Notes: generated from the letters alone by a model not told the origin. Positions 28,323-38,825 are shown, numbered from the stretch's first letter. The stretch: 64,000 nucleotides of DNA from an uncultured Hyphomonas sp. (GCA_964556825.1 CAZKXJ010000002.1:362844-426843), one strand, 5' to 3'. A program made the numbers and translations.

Positions 28323-29149
28323 GCGCTTTTCTTTTCCGGGATGTCCGTTGCCGGAATGGCGACTTTTTGCGCCTGTGTTGCCGCGCCCATATGGGTCGCC
28401 TTGCCGAACAGCCAGCCCTGGATCAGTGAGCCTGCGCATTCCCGGGCCCAGTGCAGTTCCCTCGGCGTTTCCACCCCTTCGAACAGGAGATGCGAACCAA
28501 CCTCGTGAAGCTTCAGGATGATCGAATGCGCGAACTGGCGGCTGTCTTCAGAATCCATCATGCTGCGGAACCAGCCCGCATCGACCTTGATGATATCCGG
28601 TTTGAGTTCGATGACGCGCAGCAGGTCCGAACTGCCAACACCAAAATCGTCAATCGCGATCTGGAAGCCGAGTGATTTCAGTTTTTCAACGATCGTCGAC
28701 AAGGCTTCCTTGTCGTCATTGCGCTCTTCGGTGATCTCGAACACGACCTTTGACGCAGAAAGCCCCTGCTCGGCCACGAGGCGCGCATACGTATCGAGAC
28801 CGCTCAGCATCTGGTCAGTATAACGGCAGGAACCCGGATTCAGGTTGACGAAAAGGCGGGTATTTCCAAGCTGCCAGGCAGCCGTATTGGCGATGTGAAG
28901 ACAGAGGCACGCCCAGTCAGCCACGAAACGGTCTCGGTCAGACAGGCGCGTAAAGAAGTCCATTGGCTCAATCGGCTTGCCCTTGAAAAGGGGGCGCGCC
29001 AAGGCTTCGACACCGTACAGCATACCGGCATTATTATTGATCGAGTAGATCGGCTGAAACGCAGATCGAATTTCGAAGGGTCCGAAATCAAACGCCTGAT
29101 GGCCACCATCAAGTTCAAAGATTCGTTCGGTCAGCCTCAAAAGGTCCAT
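28319..29149 (-). CDS. stand-alone EAL-domain protein (putative c-di-GMP phosphodiesterase)
   Basis: GVEALARP, IAIDDFGVGSS, KVD, FEGVE and QGWLFGKA motifs are all present. No sensor or GGDEF domain. Confidence 0.87.
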   Translation of the reverse strand: MDLLRLTERIFELDGGHQAFDFGPFEIRSAFQPIYSINNNAGMLYGVEALARPLFKGKPIEPMDFFTRLSDRDRFVADWACLCLHIANTAAWQLGNTRLFVNLNPGSCRYTDQMLSGLDTYARLVAEQGLSASKVVFEITEERNDDKEALSTIVEKLKSLGFQIAIDDFGVGSSDLLRVIELKPDIIKVDAGWFRSMMDSEDSRQFAHSIILKLHEVGSHLLFEGVETPRELHWARECAGSLIQGWLFGKATHMGAATQAQKVAIPATDIPEKKSA

Positions 29150-29308
29150 GCCCGTCTCCCATTCCAGACCTTAAGGTTTAGGCGCGCGGCGTTAATATCT
29201 TCCTGTTACAAACTGAAAGTCTGCATCCATATCTTTTAAATCCACAGTTGCTCGGTTAGATCAGCGGCAAGCTTCAACACAAGCGTTTGCGACCAAAAGA
29301 GGTATGAC

Positions 29309-30061
29309 ATGGCCGGACATTCCAAATGGGCCAATATTCAGCACCGCAAGGGTGCCCAGGACAAGAAGCGCGCTGCCCTGTTTGCGCGCCTGTCCAAGGA
29401 AATCACCATTGCGTCCAAACTTGGTGGTCCTGACCCGGATGCGAACCCGCGCCTGCGCCTCGCAATCAACAATGCGCGTGGCCAGTCCATGCCAAAGGAC
29501 AACATCAAGCGCGCCGTCGACAAGGGCCAGGGCGGCGGCGGCGAAGAGTATCTTGAAATCCGCTATGAAGGCTTTGGTCCCGGCGGTGTCGGCATCATCG
29601 TGGAGGCGTCGACCGACAACAAGAACCGCGCGGCGAGCGAAATTCGCTCGGCCTTCTCCAAGAATGGCGGCAATCTTGGCGAAACGGGCTCGGTGTCCTT
29701 CGGCTTCGAACAGGTCGGCGAGATTGAGTACCCCGCTGAAGCTGGCGACGAAATGACGGTCATGGAAGCCGCCATCGAAGCGGGCGCTACGGATGTCGAA
29801 AGCGACGATGACAGCCACTGGATCTACACAGAGCGCGAAGACCTGATGGATGTCGCCTCAAGCCTCGAAGGCAAGTTCGCAGACGTGGAAGCCAAATCCA
29901 CTCGCCTCATCTGGAAACCCCAGAACAATGTGCCCGTCGAAGGCGACGCAGCCGATACACTGATGAAATTGCTGGATATTCTAGACGATCTGGACGACGT
30001 CCAGAACGTTTACGACAATTCCGAGCTTTCCGAAGCCGAAATGGAACGGCTCGCGAGCTGA
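29309..30061 (+). CDS. YebC/PmpR family DNA-binding transcriptional regulator
   Basis: [21 protein letters not shown] signature; 250 aa. Confidence 0.95.
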   Translation: MAGHSKWANIQHRKGAQDKKRAALFARLSKEITIASKLGGPDPDANPRLRLAINNARGQSMPKDNIKRAVDKGQGGGGEEYLEIRYEGFGPGGVGIIVEASTDNKNRAASEIRSAFSKNGGNLGETGSVSFGFEQVGEIEYPAEAGDEMTVMEAAIEAGATDVESDDDSHWIYTEREDLMDVASSLEGKFADVEAKSTRLIWKPQNNVPVEGDAADTLMKLLDILDDLDDVQNVYDNSELSEAEMERLAS

Positions 30062-30197
30062 TCTTTTTGTAAGAATCTGGTAAGTTAACCCAAAGGCTGG
30101 TGGATTCACCATTCCGTGAGGTCTGCGTTATATCCCTCGAAATTTCCGGGGGCCACTTCCATATGCCTGTCCTAATCAAGCCGGGTATCGACGAACA

Positions 30198-30860
30198 ATG
30201 AAACAGTCTCAAACCACAACAATCGCGCTGATCGCTGGCGGCGTTGCCATTGCGACCGGATTTTTCTGGAATGCGATGGCTGACCAGATGCCGGAAGACC
30301 CGGCACCGACCTCGACGCTGTCGACAGCGGTTTTTGCCGGTGGCTGCTTCTGGTGTGTCGAAGCCGACTTTGACAAGATTGACGGCGTGGTCTCGACGAT
30401 TTCCGGCTATACGGGCGGAACGGTAGAAGAGCCGACCTATCGTCAGGTCGTGGCAGGCGACACTGGCCACTATGAAGCGGTGAAGATCAGCTACGACCCG
30501 GACAAGGTCTCGTATGACGAGCTGGTCGACTACTTCTTCCACACGATCGACCCGACAGATGCGCGCGGACAGTTCTGCGACAAGGGCGACAGCTATCGCA
30601 CGGCGCTTTTCGTTAATTCGCAAGAGCAACGCGAGACGGCTGAAAACGAAATAGACAGCATCAACGCCTCCGGTGTGCTGCCAGGTCCGGTGGTGACGAA
30701 GGTCATTGATGCCGAGGCCTTCTGGCCGGCGGAGGACTATCACCAGAATTATTACCGCACGACGCCGATCAAGTATAAGTTCTACCGGCAGGGCTGCCGC
30801 CGTGACGCGCGCCTTGAACAGCTCTGGGGTAACGACGCCGGGCATCTTGCGAATCACTGA
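30198..30860 (+). CDS. msrA: peptide-methionine (S)-S-oxide reductase, N-terminally anchored/exported paralog
   Basis: N-terminal hydrophobic segment TTIALIAGGVAIATGFFW followed by the GGCFWCVE active site. Confidence 0.9.
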   Translation: MKQSQTTTIALIAGGVAIATGFFWNAMADQMPEDPAPTSTLSTAVFAGGCFWCVEADFDKIDGVVSTISGYTGGTVEEPTYRQVVAGDTGHYEAVKISYDPDKVSYDELVDYFFHTIDPTDARGQFCDKGDSYRTALFVNSQEQRETAENEIDSINASGVLPGPVVTKVIDAEAFWPAEDYHQNYYRTTPIKYKFYRQGCRRDARLEQLWGNDAGHLANH

Positions 30861-30875
30861 CCCTGGCCGGACAAC

Positions 30876-30921
30876 AAAAAAGAAAAACCCCCGCGACTTT
30901 CCGGTCACGGGGGTCTTTTTA
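30876..30921. terminator. bidirectional rho-independent terminator (msrA paralog / lolA-like)
   Basis: Hairpin acccccgcgac...gtcacgggggt flanked by an A-run upstream and ttttt downstream, in the convergent gap. Confidence 0.8.
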
Positions 30922-30942
30922 TATTTGGGTCACGTCGTGCGC

Positions 30943-31758
30943 CTAGCGCTCACCATCGTCATCAGCCGGGTCTTCCAGCCGGAAGAGACGCGGATCAACA
31001 GAGACATTTGTCTCGATGTCCTGCAGCGCCACACGGGTGACCTGACGGTTCGCATCCACGGCGCGCCAGCTTAGCAGTTCATAGGTCGACGCATCGAAAT
31101 ACAGCGTCAGTTGGCCTTCGGACTCGCCTGAACGGTCTTCGATTGTCACCGACACTTCGTTATCACTGCGACGCACATCCGTGACACGGGCTTCTGTCTC
31201 GAAGTTGAGCTCATCATCGAGGATCAGCCCAAGCGGCGTCGAGGCCAGCGGCACGCGGTCAACCGTTTCAAGGTCACTATCTTCCATCGCAACCGTCGAC
31301 CCGTCCGATACGATCAGGATTGGCGTCGGATCATCATAGTCGAACCGCATACGGCCGGGGCGGCGAAGGGCGAAATCACCCTGTGTGACAGATCCGTCCG
31401 GGCCGACCTGCGTAAAGCGGCCCTTGGCGGTGACAGCTTCAGACAGGGAGGCTGCAGCAGCTCTCAGGATATCAATCCGTTGACTCTCGCTTATGTCACC
31501 AGAGACGGCAGCAGGCGTTGGCGCTGCAACAGTTTGCGGCGGCTGGATATCAGCGGCCTCAGCCTGCGCAGTCTGCAAATCGGTGTCTGCGGAAACATCA
31601 GCCTGCACTTCGATCGCGGCGGGCGCCGATTGGCCCGCTTCAACAATCAGCCAGGCTGGCGGCGCGGTCGGCGCCGCAAAGGAATAATCCGCCTGAAATG
31701 CGAGTGGACTGCTGCCCATGAAGAGCAGCGCGGTAAAAGGTGTCAGTAGAGACGTCAT
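30943..31758 (-). CDS. lolA: LolA-like outer-membrane lipoprotein carrier protein
   Basis: Signal peptide MTSLLTPFTALLFMGSSPLAF. LolA-like core GRFTQV...GDFALRRPGRMRFDYDDP..ILIVSDGSTV. It lies directly downstream of ftsK. AGGAGGA SD precedes ATG 31758. It has an unusually long Ala/Pro/Gln-rich N-region. Confidence 0.7.
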   Translation of the reverse strand: MTSLLTPFTALLFMGSSPLAFQADYSFAAPTAPPAWLIVEAGQSAPAAIEVQADVSADTDLQTAQAEAADIQPPQTVAAPTPAAVSGDISESQRIDILRAAAASLSEAVTAKGRFTQVGPDGSVTQGDFALRRPGRMRFDYDDPTPILIVSDGSTVAMEDSDLETVDRVPLASTPLGLILDDELNFETEARVTDVRRSDNEVSVTIEDRSGESEGQLTLYFDASTYELLSWRAVDANRQVTRVALQDIETNVSVDPRLFRLEDPADDDGER

Positions 31759-31910
31759 ATCGTCCTCCTGTATTGGCACGGAAGAGATAAGCAACGCATG
31801 GGACTGAAAACAGGGCTGAAAAAAGGTATTTCCGCCCCGTTTCGTTGCCTCGTGTTCAGTGTGCGCTTCGTCTCGCCTTTCGCCAGGACGAGGCCACCTC
31901 GTCCAGCGCC

Positions 31911-34331
31911 CTACTCGCTTGCTTCATTACGTGCGAGGATTTCACGCTTGCCGGCATGGTTGGGCCCGGAGATGACACCATTCTCCTCAAGTCGCTCGAC
32001 CAGCGTTGCCGCCTTGTTATAGCCGACCTTCAGGCGCCGCTGCAGGTAGGATGTCGAGGCTCGCTTGTCGCGGATAACGATCGCCATTGCCTGCGCATAA
32101 AGGTCATCGTCGCCATCGCCGGTCGACACACCCAGCATCGCATCCATGATGGCGCTGCCGGTGCCGCCTTCGTCCGGTTCTTCGAGAATGTCTTCATTAT
32201 AGTCCGGCTCACCCTGTTCGCGCAGCCAGGCCACAACGGTTTCGACTTCTTCATCGGAAACAAACGGCCCATGCAAGCGCTTGGTTTTCACACCGGCGGC
32301 CTGATACAGAAGGTCGCCCATACCGAGCAGCTGTTCTGCGCCCTGCTCACCGAGAATGGTGCGCGAGTCGATCTTGGTCGTGACCATATAGGAGATGCGC
32401 GTCGGGAAGTTGGCCTTGATCGTACCGGTGATCACATCGACCGATGGACGCTGGGTCGCTGTAATCAGGTGGATGCCCGCTGCCCGCGCCATCTGGGCGA
32501 GACGCTGGATGCAGCCCTCGATTTCCTTGCCCGCGACCATCATCAAATCTGCCATTTCGTCAATCACGACGACAATGTTCGGAATATGATCAAGCGGCAG
32601 GACTTCAGTGTCGTGGATCGGCTTGCCATTGTCGTCATAACCGGTCTGAACCTTGCGGGTCATCTGGTCGCCGCGCTGACGGTACTGGCTGGCCTTCTGG
32701 TTGAAGCCCGCAAGGTTACGAACCCCGGCCTTCGACATCAGCTCATAGCGGGTTTCCATTTCACGGACGGCCCACTGCAGCGCGTTCACGGCCTTTTTCG
32801 GATCGGTCACAACCGGCGCAAGCAGGTGCGGAATGCCTTCATAGATCGAAAGCTCCAGCATCTTCGGGTCGATCATGATGAAACGGCACTGTTCGGGTGT
32901 CAGCCTGTAGATGAGCGACAGGATCATCGCATTGACGCCCACTGACTTACCCGAACCTGTCGTCCCGGCGATGAGCAGGTGAGGCATCTTGGCGAGGTCG
33001 ACGACCGTCGGGGTGCCGCCAATATCCTCGCCGAGCGCCATCGGCAGTGACGCCTTGGAAGCGGTGTACGCCGTCGAGGACAGAAGCGACCGGAAATAAA
33101 CCGTTTCACGCTCTTCATTCGGAAGTTCGATACCGATGGCATTCTTGCCCGGGATAACCGCGACACGGGCAGAAACAGCGCTCATCGAACGGGCAATATC
33201 ATCGGCGAGCGAGATGACCCGCGCTGACTTCACGCCCGCTGCTGGCTCAAGCTCGAACAGTGTAACGACAGGGCCGGGGCGCACTTCCTTGATGCGTCCG
33301 CGCACACCAAACTCGCGCAGGACTTCGGAGAGGCGGTTCGCCTGGGCCAGAAGCCCGTCCTCATCGACTGAGCCACGCCGCGACGGAGGCACTTCGAGAA
33401 GATCAAGGTCCGGCAGTTTCGTTGTCCCGCGCCGGGAACGCTTGCGCACACTCGGCTGCTCGCGGGGCTCGGGCGGCGCTTTGGCGGGCGTCAGCTTGGG
33501 CTTGGTCGCAGCGACCGGCAGGCTGTCCTCGGCATCATCATTGAAGATCTCGTCGTCATCCACCGGAGCCGGCGCTTCGGCGCGCCGCTGGGAAACCGCA
33601 GGTGCCTCTTCTGCATAATAGGCGTCAGCATCCATCGGCTCCGCCGTTTCGCGCTTGGTGAAGACACCCGACAGGCTGCGCCCGATCCGGCCGCCAAACG
33701 TACCGGCGCTACGAGCCGCACGCCGACCGGAAGAAGATGCCGCATCCTGCAGCAGGCGGGCGTCCCCGCGGCGAAAGCCGAGCGCTGTAAACGCCAGTAA
33801 CAGGGAAATCGCACCAAGAAAAAGTCCGGCCAATATATCCGGCACAGGCATGAGAAGCGCCTTGAACGGGACAACGGCCAGATCATAGATAAAATCACCA
33901 AACATGCCGCCAAGCCCGGTCCATAGCGGCCACGATGCGGGCACTGGAAAGGCAGCTAGCGTACCGGACAGGACCAGGACAAAGCCGGCGCCATAGAACC
34001 AGCGTCTTATTTTTGGGGCGCCAATGAGCACGGTGCGCATCGCGCCGCCAACCATCAGTGCGAGCCCGGCCATCCACGCCGCGAAGCCGAATGTCTGCAG
34101 GGCAAGGTCAGCCAGGATCGCGCCCGTACCGCCGAACAGGTTCTGGATTTCCATGCCCGTTGCCGCATTCCAGCTCGGGTCGGTCGACTTGTAGGACCCC
34201 ACGCTACCGCAAATGAACACGCCGATCGCGAAAGCCGCAGTGCCGGTCAGGATGCGCCAGACCGGATCGGAGGCGTCGCGTGCTGTCGGGCTGTGAGCAA
34301 TTGTATTTGCCATGTCGGGGTCCACCATCAT
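31911..34331 (-). CDS. ftsK: DNA translocase FtsK
   Basis: N-terminal TM segments, Pro/Ala-rich linker, Walker A GTTGSGKS and a C-terminal gamma winged helix (STSYLQRRLKVGYNKAATLVERLEENGVI). The start is uncertain within the first 7 codons. Confidence 0.95.
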   Translation of the reverse strand: MMVDPDMANTIAHSPTARDASDPVWRILTGTAAFAIGVFICGSVGSYKSTDPSWNAATGMEIQNLFGGTGAILADLALQTFGFAAWMAGLALMVGGAMRTVLIGAPKIRRWFYGAGFVLVLSGTLAAFPVPASWPLWTGLGGMFGDFIYDLAVVPFKALLMPVPDILAGLFLGAISLLLAFTALGFRRGDARLLQDAASSSGRRAARSAGTFGGRIGRSLSGVFTKRETAEPMDADAYYAEEAPAVSQRRAEAPAPVDDDEIFNDDAEDSLPVAATKPKLTPAKAPPEPREQPSVRKRSRRGTTKLPDLDLLEVPPSRRGSVDEDGLLAQANRLSEVLREFGVRGRIKEVRPGPVVTLFELEPAAGVKSARVISLADDIARSMSAVSARVAVIPGKNAIGIELPNEERETVYFRSLLSSTAYTASKASLPMALGEDIGGTPTVVDLAKMPHLLIAGTTGSGKSVGVNAMILSLIYRLTPEQCRFIMIDPKMLELSIYEGIPHLLAPVVTDPKKAVNALQWAVREMETRYELMSKAGVRNLAGFNQKASQYRQRGDQMTRKVQTGYDDNGKPIHDTEVLPLDHIPNIVVVIDEMADLMMVAGKEIEGCIQRLAQMARAAGIHLITATQRPSVDVITGTIKANFPTRISYMVTTKIDSRTILGEQGAEQLLGMGDLLYQAAGVKTKRLHGPFVSDEEVETVVAWLREQGEPDYNEDILEEPDEGGTGSAIMDAMLGVSTGDGDDDLYAQAMAIVIRDKRASTSYLQRRLKVGYNKAATLVERLEENGVISGPNHAGKREILARNEASE

Positions 34332-34407
34332 TCGCGATTTTCAGGTAAATTGCCCGCTCCGCCTTAACACCGGGCAAACATGGCGCCCTGACGACTGTAA
34401 AAGACAT

Positions 34408-34440
34408 AAAAAAATCCCCGGCCAGTTGCCTGGCCGGGGA
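34408..34440 (-). terminator. rho-independent terminator of amtB
   Basis: On the minus strand: ccccggccag-gcaa-ctggccgggg followed by a T-run (plus-strand aaaaaaa at 34408-34414), 46 nt after the amtB stop. Confidence 0.8.
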
Positions 34441-34485
34441 AGTCTGGGAGGAAACGCTTCCGAGAGAAAGCGAACCGGTGGAGGC

Positions 34486-35811
34486 TTAGCCAAATTCCGG
34501 ATAGGCCTCGAGGCCAACTTCGGCTTTGTCCATGCCTGCAATTTCGTCTTCTTCGGTGGGGCGCAGACCAAGCGTGGCCTTGAGCGCAAACCATACGATG
34601 GCCGAAGCGATCGATACGAAGATACCTGTAGCGAGAACGCCGACGAACTGACCGAGATAGCTCGGATTGCCAGCTTCATTAAGGCCGATGTTGTTTGCAT
34701 AGGACAGTGGGACGATCATCGTGCCCCAGATGCCGCACACAAGGTGAGCCGGGATGGCGCCGACGACATCGTCGATCTTCAGCTTGTCGAGGAGCGGAAC
34801 GGTCAGCACGACGAGCACGCCGCCGATTGCACCGATCAGGACCGACAGGCCCATGGATGGTGCGAGCGGCTCAGCCGTGATCGACACCAGACCACCGATG
34901 GCCCCATTGAACGCCATCGTTGCATCAACTTTACCCTTGTAGAGGATCGCCGTGAGGATCATTGCCCCGAGGACGCCGCCGCAAGCCGCCATATTGGTGT
35001 TGGCGAAGATGTTCGCGACCGCATTGATGTCATCGAACGTGCCAGCAGCGAGCTGCGAAGCGCCGTTGAAGCCGAACCAGCCGAACCACAGGATGAATGT
35101 CCCCAGTGCCGCCAGCGGGATGTTCGAACCCGGCATCGGGTGAACCTGTCCGTTGACGAATTTGCCGATACGCGGCCCGATGATGATAGCACCGACAAGC
35201 GCAGCCCAGCCACCGGTCGAGTGGACCAGCGTGGAACCAGCGAAGTCGGAGAATGCGAACTGGCTGTCCAGCGCGCCGCCGCCCCATTCCCAGGATGCCA
35301 CGATCGGATAGATGAACGCGGTCAGGAATGCGGTGAAGATCAGGAATGGCCAGAGCTTGACGCGTTCTGCGACCGTACCGGACACAATCGAGGCCGCCGT
35401 TGCGACGAACACCATCTGGAAGAACCAGTCGGATGAAGCCGCGTAGCCAGTGTCGAGGCTCTCTTCAGGTGACCAGATGAAGCTTGGAATACCGATCCAG
35501 CCACCGATCGTTTCAGCCGGATAAGCCATATTATAGCCAACCAGCCAGACCATGATGCCAGCCACTGAAAACAGTGCGACGTTCTTCATCGACTGCATTG
35601 CGGCGTTCTTCTTGCGGACGAGGCCCGCTTCCAGCATGCAGAAACCTGCCGCCATGAACATCACGATGAGACCGCCGATGAGGAACAGATAGCTGTTGTC
35701 CACATAGGCGCTGACCGCTGATGCATCCTGTGCTGAGGCTCCCAAGGCCCCCAAGGCTGCGAGCGGAAGTAATACCGCGCCTCGCATTGCCCCTTTAACC
35801 AAACTACTCAT
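34486..35811 (-). CDS. amtB: ammonium transporter
   Basis: Amt signature DFAGSTLVHSTGGWAAL, about 11 TM segments and a signal peptide (MSSLVKGAMRGAVLLPLAALGALGASA). The start is trimmed to ATG 35811. Confidence 0.93.
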   Translation of the reverse strand: MSSLVKGAMRGAVLLPLAALGALGASAQDASAVSAYVDNSYLFLIGGLIVMFMAAGFCMLEAGLVRKKNAAMQSMKNVALFSVAGIMVWLVGYNMAYPAETIGGWIGIPSFIWSPEESLDTGYAASSDWFFQMVFVATAASIVSGTVAERVKLWPFLIFTAFLTAFIYPIVASWEWGGGALDSQFAFSDFAGSTLVHSTGGWAALVGAIIIGPRIGKFVNGQVHPMPGSNIPLAALGTFILWFGWFGFNGASQLAAGTFDDINAVANIFANTNMAACGGVLGAMILTAILYKGKVDATMAFNGAIGGLVSITAEPLAPSMGLSVLIGAIGGVLVVLTVPLLDKLKIDDVVGAIPAHLVCGIWGTMIVPLSYANNIGLNEAGNPSYLGQFVGVLATGIFVSIASAIVWFALKATLGLRPTEEDEIAGMDKAEVGLEAYPEFG

Positions 35812-35999
35812 GCCCTTCTCCCATTGATTGGTATGACTGGCACACCTAAGCGGAGATGCCCCACAATCGACCAGAGGCATTAAGTCGGCGTCATAATGTG
35901 GTCGCGGCTCTGACCAAAAAACGTGCACCCTGCGACCCAAACGCCCGTTTACGGGTCAACTATGGACCAGATTCACGCGCGAACTTACAAGCAGTCAGT

Positions 36000-37229
36000 A
36001 TGAGCGCACCCGACACAGAGATTGCTATTATCGGCGCAGGCCCAACCGGAGCTGCGCTGGCCCTCGCCCTGGCGAAGGCGGGAATTGATACAACCCTGAT
36101 CGACGCACGCGATCCAGCCGCTACCGCACGCGCGGATACTCGGAATTTCGCAATAGTGACAGGCAGTTGGCGGCTGCTCACCCGCCTTGGCATTGCCGGC
36201 AAGCTGGACGGTCAGACCGCGCCGCTGAACGGCCTTGAGGCGGTCGATGGTGGAACTCACTGGTTCGGTGCCCCGAGTGTCCTCTTTGGCAATGCCGATC
36301 TTGCCGACCGTAGCGCGGACGAGACGCTGGGCCACATGGTCGAAGCCGTTCGCCTGCAGGCCGCTTTCGATGACGCGATGTCGGACGCGCCCAACCTCAC
36401 TGTCATGGCCCCGGCACGCTTCTCAGGTTTCGAGGCCACACCCGGACATGTGAGAATTGCGCTCGAATCCGGCAAGTCGGTCACAGCGCGCCTGCTGGTC
36501 GGGGCTGACGGCGTAAGCTCAAGGGTGCGCCAGTCCGCAAACATCGAAACTGAGGGGCGTGACTATGACATGTCCGTCTTTGCCGCCAATGTCAGCCTTT
36601 CGCGCCCGCATGACGGGATTGCCCGCCAGCTCTTCACACCTGATGGCCCCTTCGCGACACTTCCCCTGATGGGCGACCGCGCCAATCTGGCGTGGTACAT
36701 GAAGCGCGGCGCCGCCGAAGCGCTTGCCCGGCAGCCCGTTGAAGAAGTCGAGGCCGAACTCAATCACCGCTTCGCCGACTTTGCCGGGGAGATGAAGATT
36801 GATGGGCCAATGGGGTCCTATCCCCTTATCCTGCAGATCGCCGAGCATATGGTGTCCGACCGTGTCGCGCTTGTCGGTGATGCCGTGCGGCGGATCAATC
36901 CGCTGGCCGGGCAGGGGCTCAACCAGGGTTTTCGCGACGTGGCCGCACTTTACGATACGCTCATGGACGGCGACCGTGCCGGCCTTGATATCGGGTCAGC
37001 GCAGGTCCTCGCCAATTATGAGCAGGCCCGCCGCTTTGACGCCAATTCCGCGGCGCTGTCACTCGATGCAATCGACCGGTTGTTCTCGAATGACCACATT
37101 CTGACCAAGCCGGTGCGCAGCCTCGGCCTGATGGTGGCTGACAAGGTCCCGGCCATTCGCGAACGCCTTGCCGGACTGGCAAGCGCTTCGTCGGACGGCT
37201 TGCCCAGCCTCATGCAACGCCTCGACTGA
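36000..37229 (+). CDS. UbiH/UbiF/VisC/COQ6-family FAD-dependent monooxygenase
   Basis: IIGAGPTGAALAL (GxGxxG) and VGDAVRRINPLAGQGLNQGFRD fingerprint. The start is trimmed to ATG 36000. Confidence 0.87.
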   Translation: MSAPDTEIAIIGAGPTGAALALALAKAGIDTTLIDARDPAATARADTRNFAIVTGSWRLLTRLGIAGKLDGQTAPLNGLEAVDGGTHWFGAPSVLFGNADLADRSADETLGHMVEAVRLQAAFDDAMSDAPNLTVMAPARFSGFEATPGHVRIALESGKSVTARLLVGADGVSSRVRQSANIETEGRDYDMSVFAANVSLSRPHDGIARQLFTPDGPFATLPLMGDRANLAWYMKRGAAEALARQPVEEVEAELNHRFADFAGEMKIDGPMGSYPLILQIAEHMVSDRVALVGDAVRRINPLAGQGLNQGFRDVAALYDTLMDGDRAGLDIGSAQVLANYEQARRFDANSAALSLDAIDRLFSNDHILTKPVRSLGLMVADKVPAIRERLAGLASASSDGLPSLMQRLD

Positions 37230-37625
37230 TCAGCCCCAGAAATAGAGGCCAATCAGGATAAGCAGTGGCAGGACGGCCATGCCGAACGTATTGCGCGCAA
37301 ACACGAACTTCTCGATCCAGCTATCGAGGCGTTCATCACCGCTCGTGCGCGTCTTGCTGACAAGTTCGACATTGTCACCTTTGATCACCGTATCGTCACT
37401 GATGATGTAGTCGGTCATCGATCCGGCAATCACAAGACAGCCAAAATAGAAAACGGCGCTCCATGTGATCGCTGCAAGGCCGAGCGACAGGGCGGCCCAG
37501 CCAATCTGGAAGTCGGTGAACACGCTGAGTTTCCAGAGGAAATAAAGCAGGACACCGAGACCCGCCGAAACCGCAACCAACATCAAGGTTCGAAGCTTGC
37601 TGAAATCTACAGGTTTCTGCGTCAT
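37230..37625 (-). CDS. hypothetical membrane protein (131 aa)
   Basis: Three to four hydrophobic segments. No motif recognised. Confidence 0.55.
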   Translation of the reverse strand: MTQKPVDFSKLRTLMLVAVSAGLGVLLYFLWKLSVFTDFQIGWAALSLGLAAITWSAVFYFGCLVIAGSMTDYIISDDTVIKGDNVELVSKTRTSGDERLDSWIEKFVFARNTFGMAVLPLLILIGLYFWG

Positions 37626-37651
37626 CTTGCGTCCCCTCGCTGTTCAGACTG

Positions 37652-37960
37652 TCAGCTCGCGCCCTCGCCAAGCTCCCTCAGATATTGCCATGTATAAAGG
37701 CCACTGGAATGGCCATCGGAAAAATGAATCCGGACGGCATACCGCCCGACAGGGTCAGCTCTGGTTACATGGATATCGGCCGGGACAGGTGGCTGCGGCG
37801 GCCGCGGGCCAGCCCCATGACCGCGCACTTCGGCAGACGGGCTTTCTTCGCGCAGGCGCTTGACCGGAATGTCGAAGGTCACATCATCCTCGAAACTGAC
37901 GGACAGCACGCCAGCTGACCGTTTGAAGCGCAGTTCTGTTGGCCATGGCATCACGCTCAT
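37652..37960 (-). CDS. DUF971 (gamma-butyrobetaine hydroxylase N-terminal-like) protein
   Basis: Pattern L.V.F.DD..F......LR..SPSAEV.GHG......Y.V.I.FSDGH.SG.Y.W.YL. Confidence 0.78.
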   Translation of the reverse strand: MSVMPWPTELRFKRSAGVLSVSFEDDVTFDIPVKRLREESPSAEVRGHGAGPRPPQPPVPADIHVTRADPVGRYAVRIHFSDGHSSGLYTWQYLRELGEGAS

Positions 37961-38178
37961 GGGGCGACATCCTCGTCGATGGCGCGCGCTTCGCTTTCCA
38001 GCATGATTGGCAAACCATCACGGATAGGAAAGGCCAGCCGGGCCTTGCTCGACACAAGCTCCTGGCGCTCGCGATCATAGGTCAGCGGTGTACGCGTCAC
38101 CGGACAGATCAGCAGCTCAAGCAGGCGCGGGTCGGTCCTGACGGCGGCTTCGGGGGCGGAGGGGTCATCAGTCATCAT
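37957..38178 (-). CDS. Trm112/YcaR (UPF0434) family protein
   Basis: [14 protein letters not shown]...[12 protein letters not shown]. 4-nt overlaps on both sides suggest an operon. Confidence 0.85.
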   Translation of the reverse strand: MMTDDPSAPEAAVRTDPRLLELLICPVTRTPLTYDRERQELVSSKARLAFPIRDGLPIMLESEARAIDEDVAP

Positions 38179-38825
38179 TGCAATGTCGATGGATCGTCGC
38201 CCGGCACATCCATGTCAAGCAGTGCGATGAGCGCTTCGCACCGCCCGCATACATCACGGGCTTCCAGGAGCGCCTGTTTTTCCATAGGCGCGAACGGACA
38301 TCCAGCAGACAGCGCATTGACCAGCGTCTCGATCGGCGCGGACTCCACCGCCTCCCAGTCGACATCCATTTCGTTTGACGCCACGTATTTCTTCAGGGCG
38401 CTCGCGAGGTGGTCGCGATCCGGCAGTCGGGATGTGTCTGGCGGCGTCAGGTCTGCTGCATAGTCCGCCCAGTGCGGATTGATCTTGCGGTAGGGCGTCT
38501 TGACGTCGAGTTCGTCACCGGTCGAAAACCGGCAAACACCCGTGAGATTGATCAGGTAGCGGCCATCTTCGGTCTCCGAATAGGAGGTGATGCGCCCCGC
38601 GCAACCGACCCTGGCAAGACCGGGCTTCAACTTGTCATCGTCGACCGGCTGCACCATGCCCAGCATCCGGCTGCCAGACATCGCATCGTCTATCATGTTG
38701 AGATAACGCGGCTCGAAAATATTGAGCGGCAATGACCAGCGCGGGAACAGGAGCGCGCCCGCAAGCGGGAAGACCGCGATCGTATCGGGTAGCTCGGAAA
38801 TTTTCCTGTAGCCATGTCTGGTCAT
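38175..38825 (-). CDS. LON peptidase N-terminal (substrate-binding) domain protein
   Basis: [30 protein letters not shown], typical of the Lon N-domain. No ATPase or protease domain. Confidence 0.85.
   Translation of the reverse strand: MTRHGYRKISELPDTIAVFPLAGALLFPRWSLPLNIFEPRYLNMIDDAMSGSRMLGMVQPVDDDKLKPGLARVGCAGRITSYSETEDGRYLINLTGVCRFSTGDELDVKTPYRKINPHWADYAADLTPPDTSRLPDRDHLASALKKYVASNEMDVDWEAVESAPIETLVNALSAGCPFAPMEKQALLEARDVCGRCEALIALLDMDVPGDDPSTLQ

Noticed and set aside
29907-30908. 333-aa minus-strand ORF
   Set aside because: It spans the yebC 3' end, an intergenic region, the whole msrA paralog and a terminator. It is Arg-rich shadow sequence.
31845-35436. Two long plus-strand ORFs (31845..32945, 366 aa; 34312..35436, 374 aa)
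   Set aside because: They are antisense shadows of ftsK and amtB, both of which carry diagnostic motifs on the minus strand.
35812-35999. Search for NtrC / sigma-54 sites upstream of amtB
   Set aside because: I found only a plus-strand TGGCAC without a -12 element and a lone TGCACC half-site. Nothing is callable by eye.
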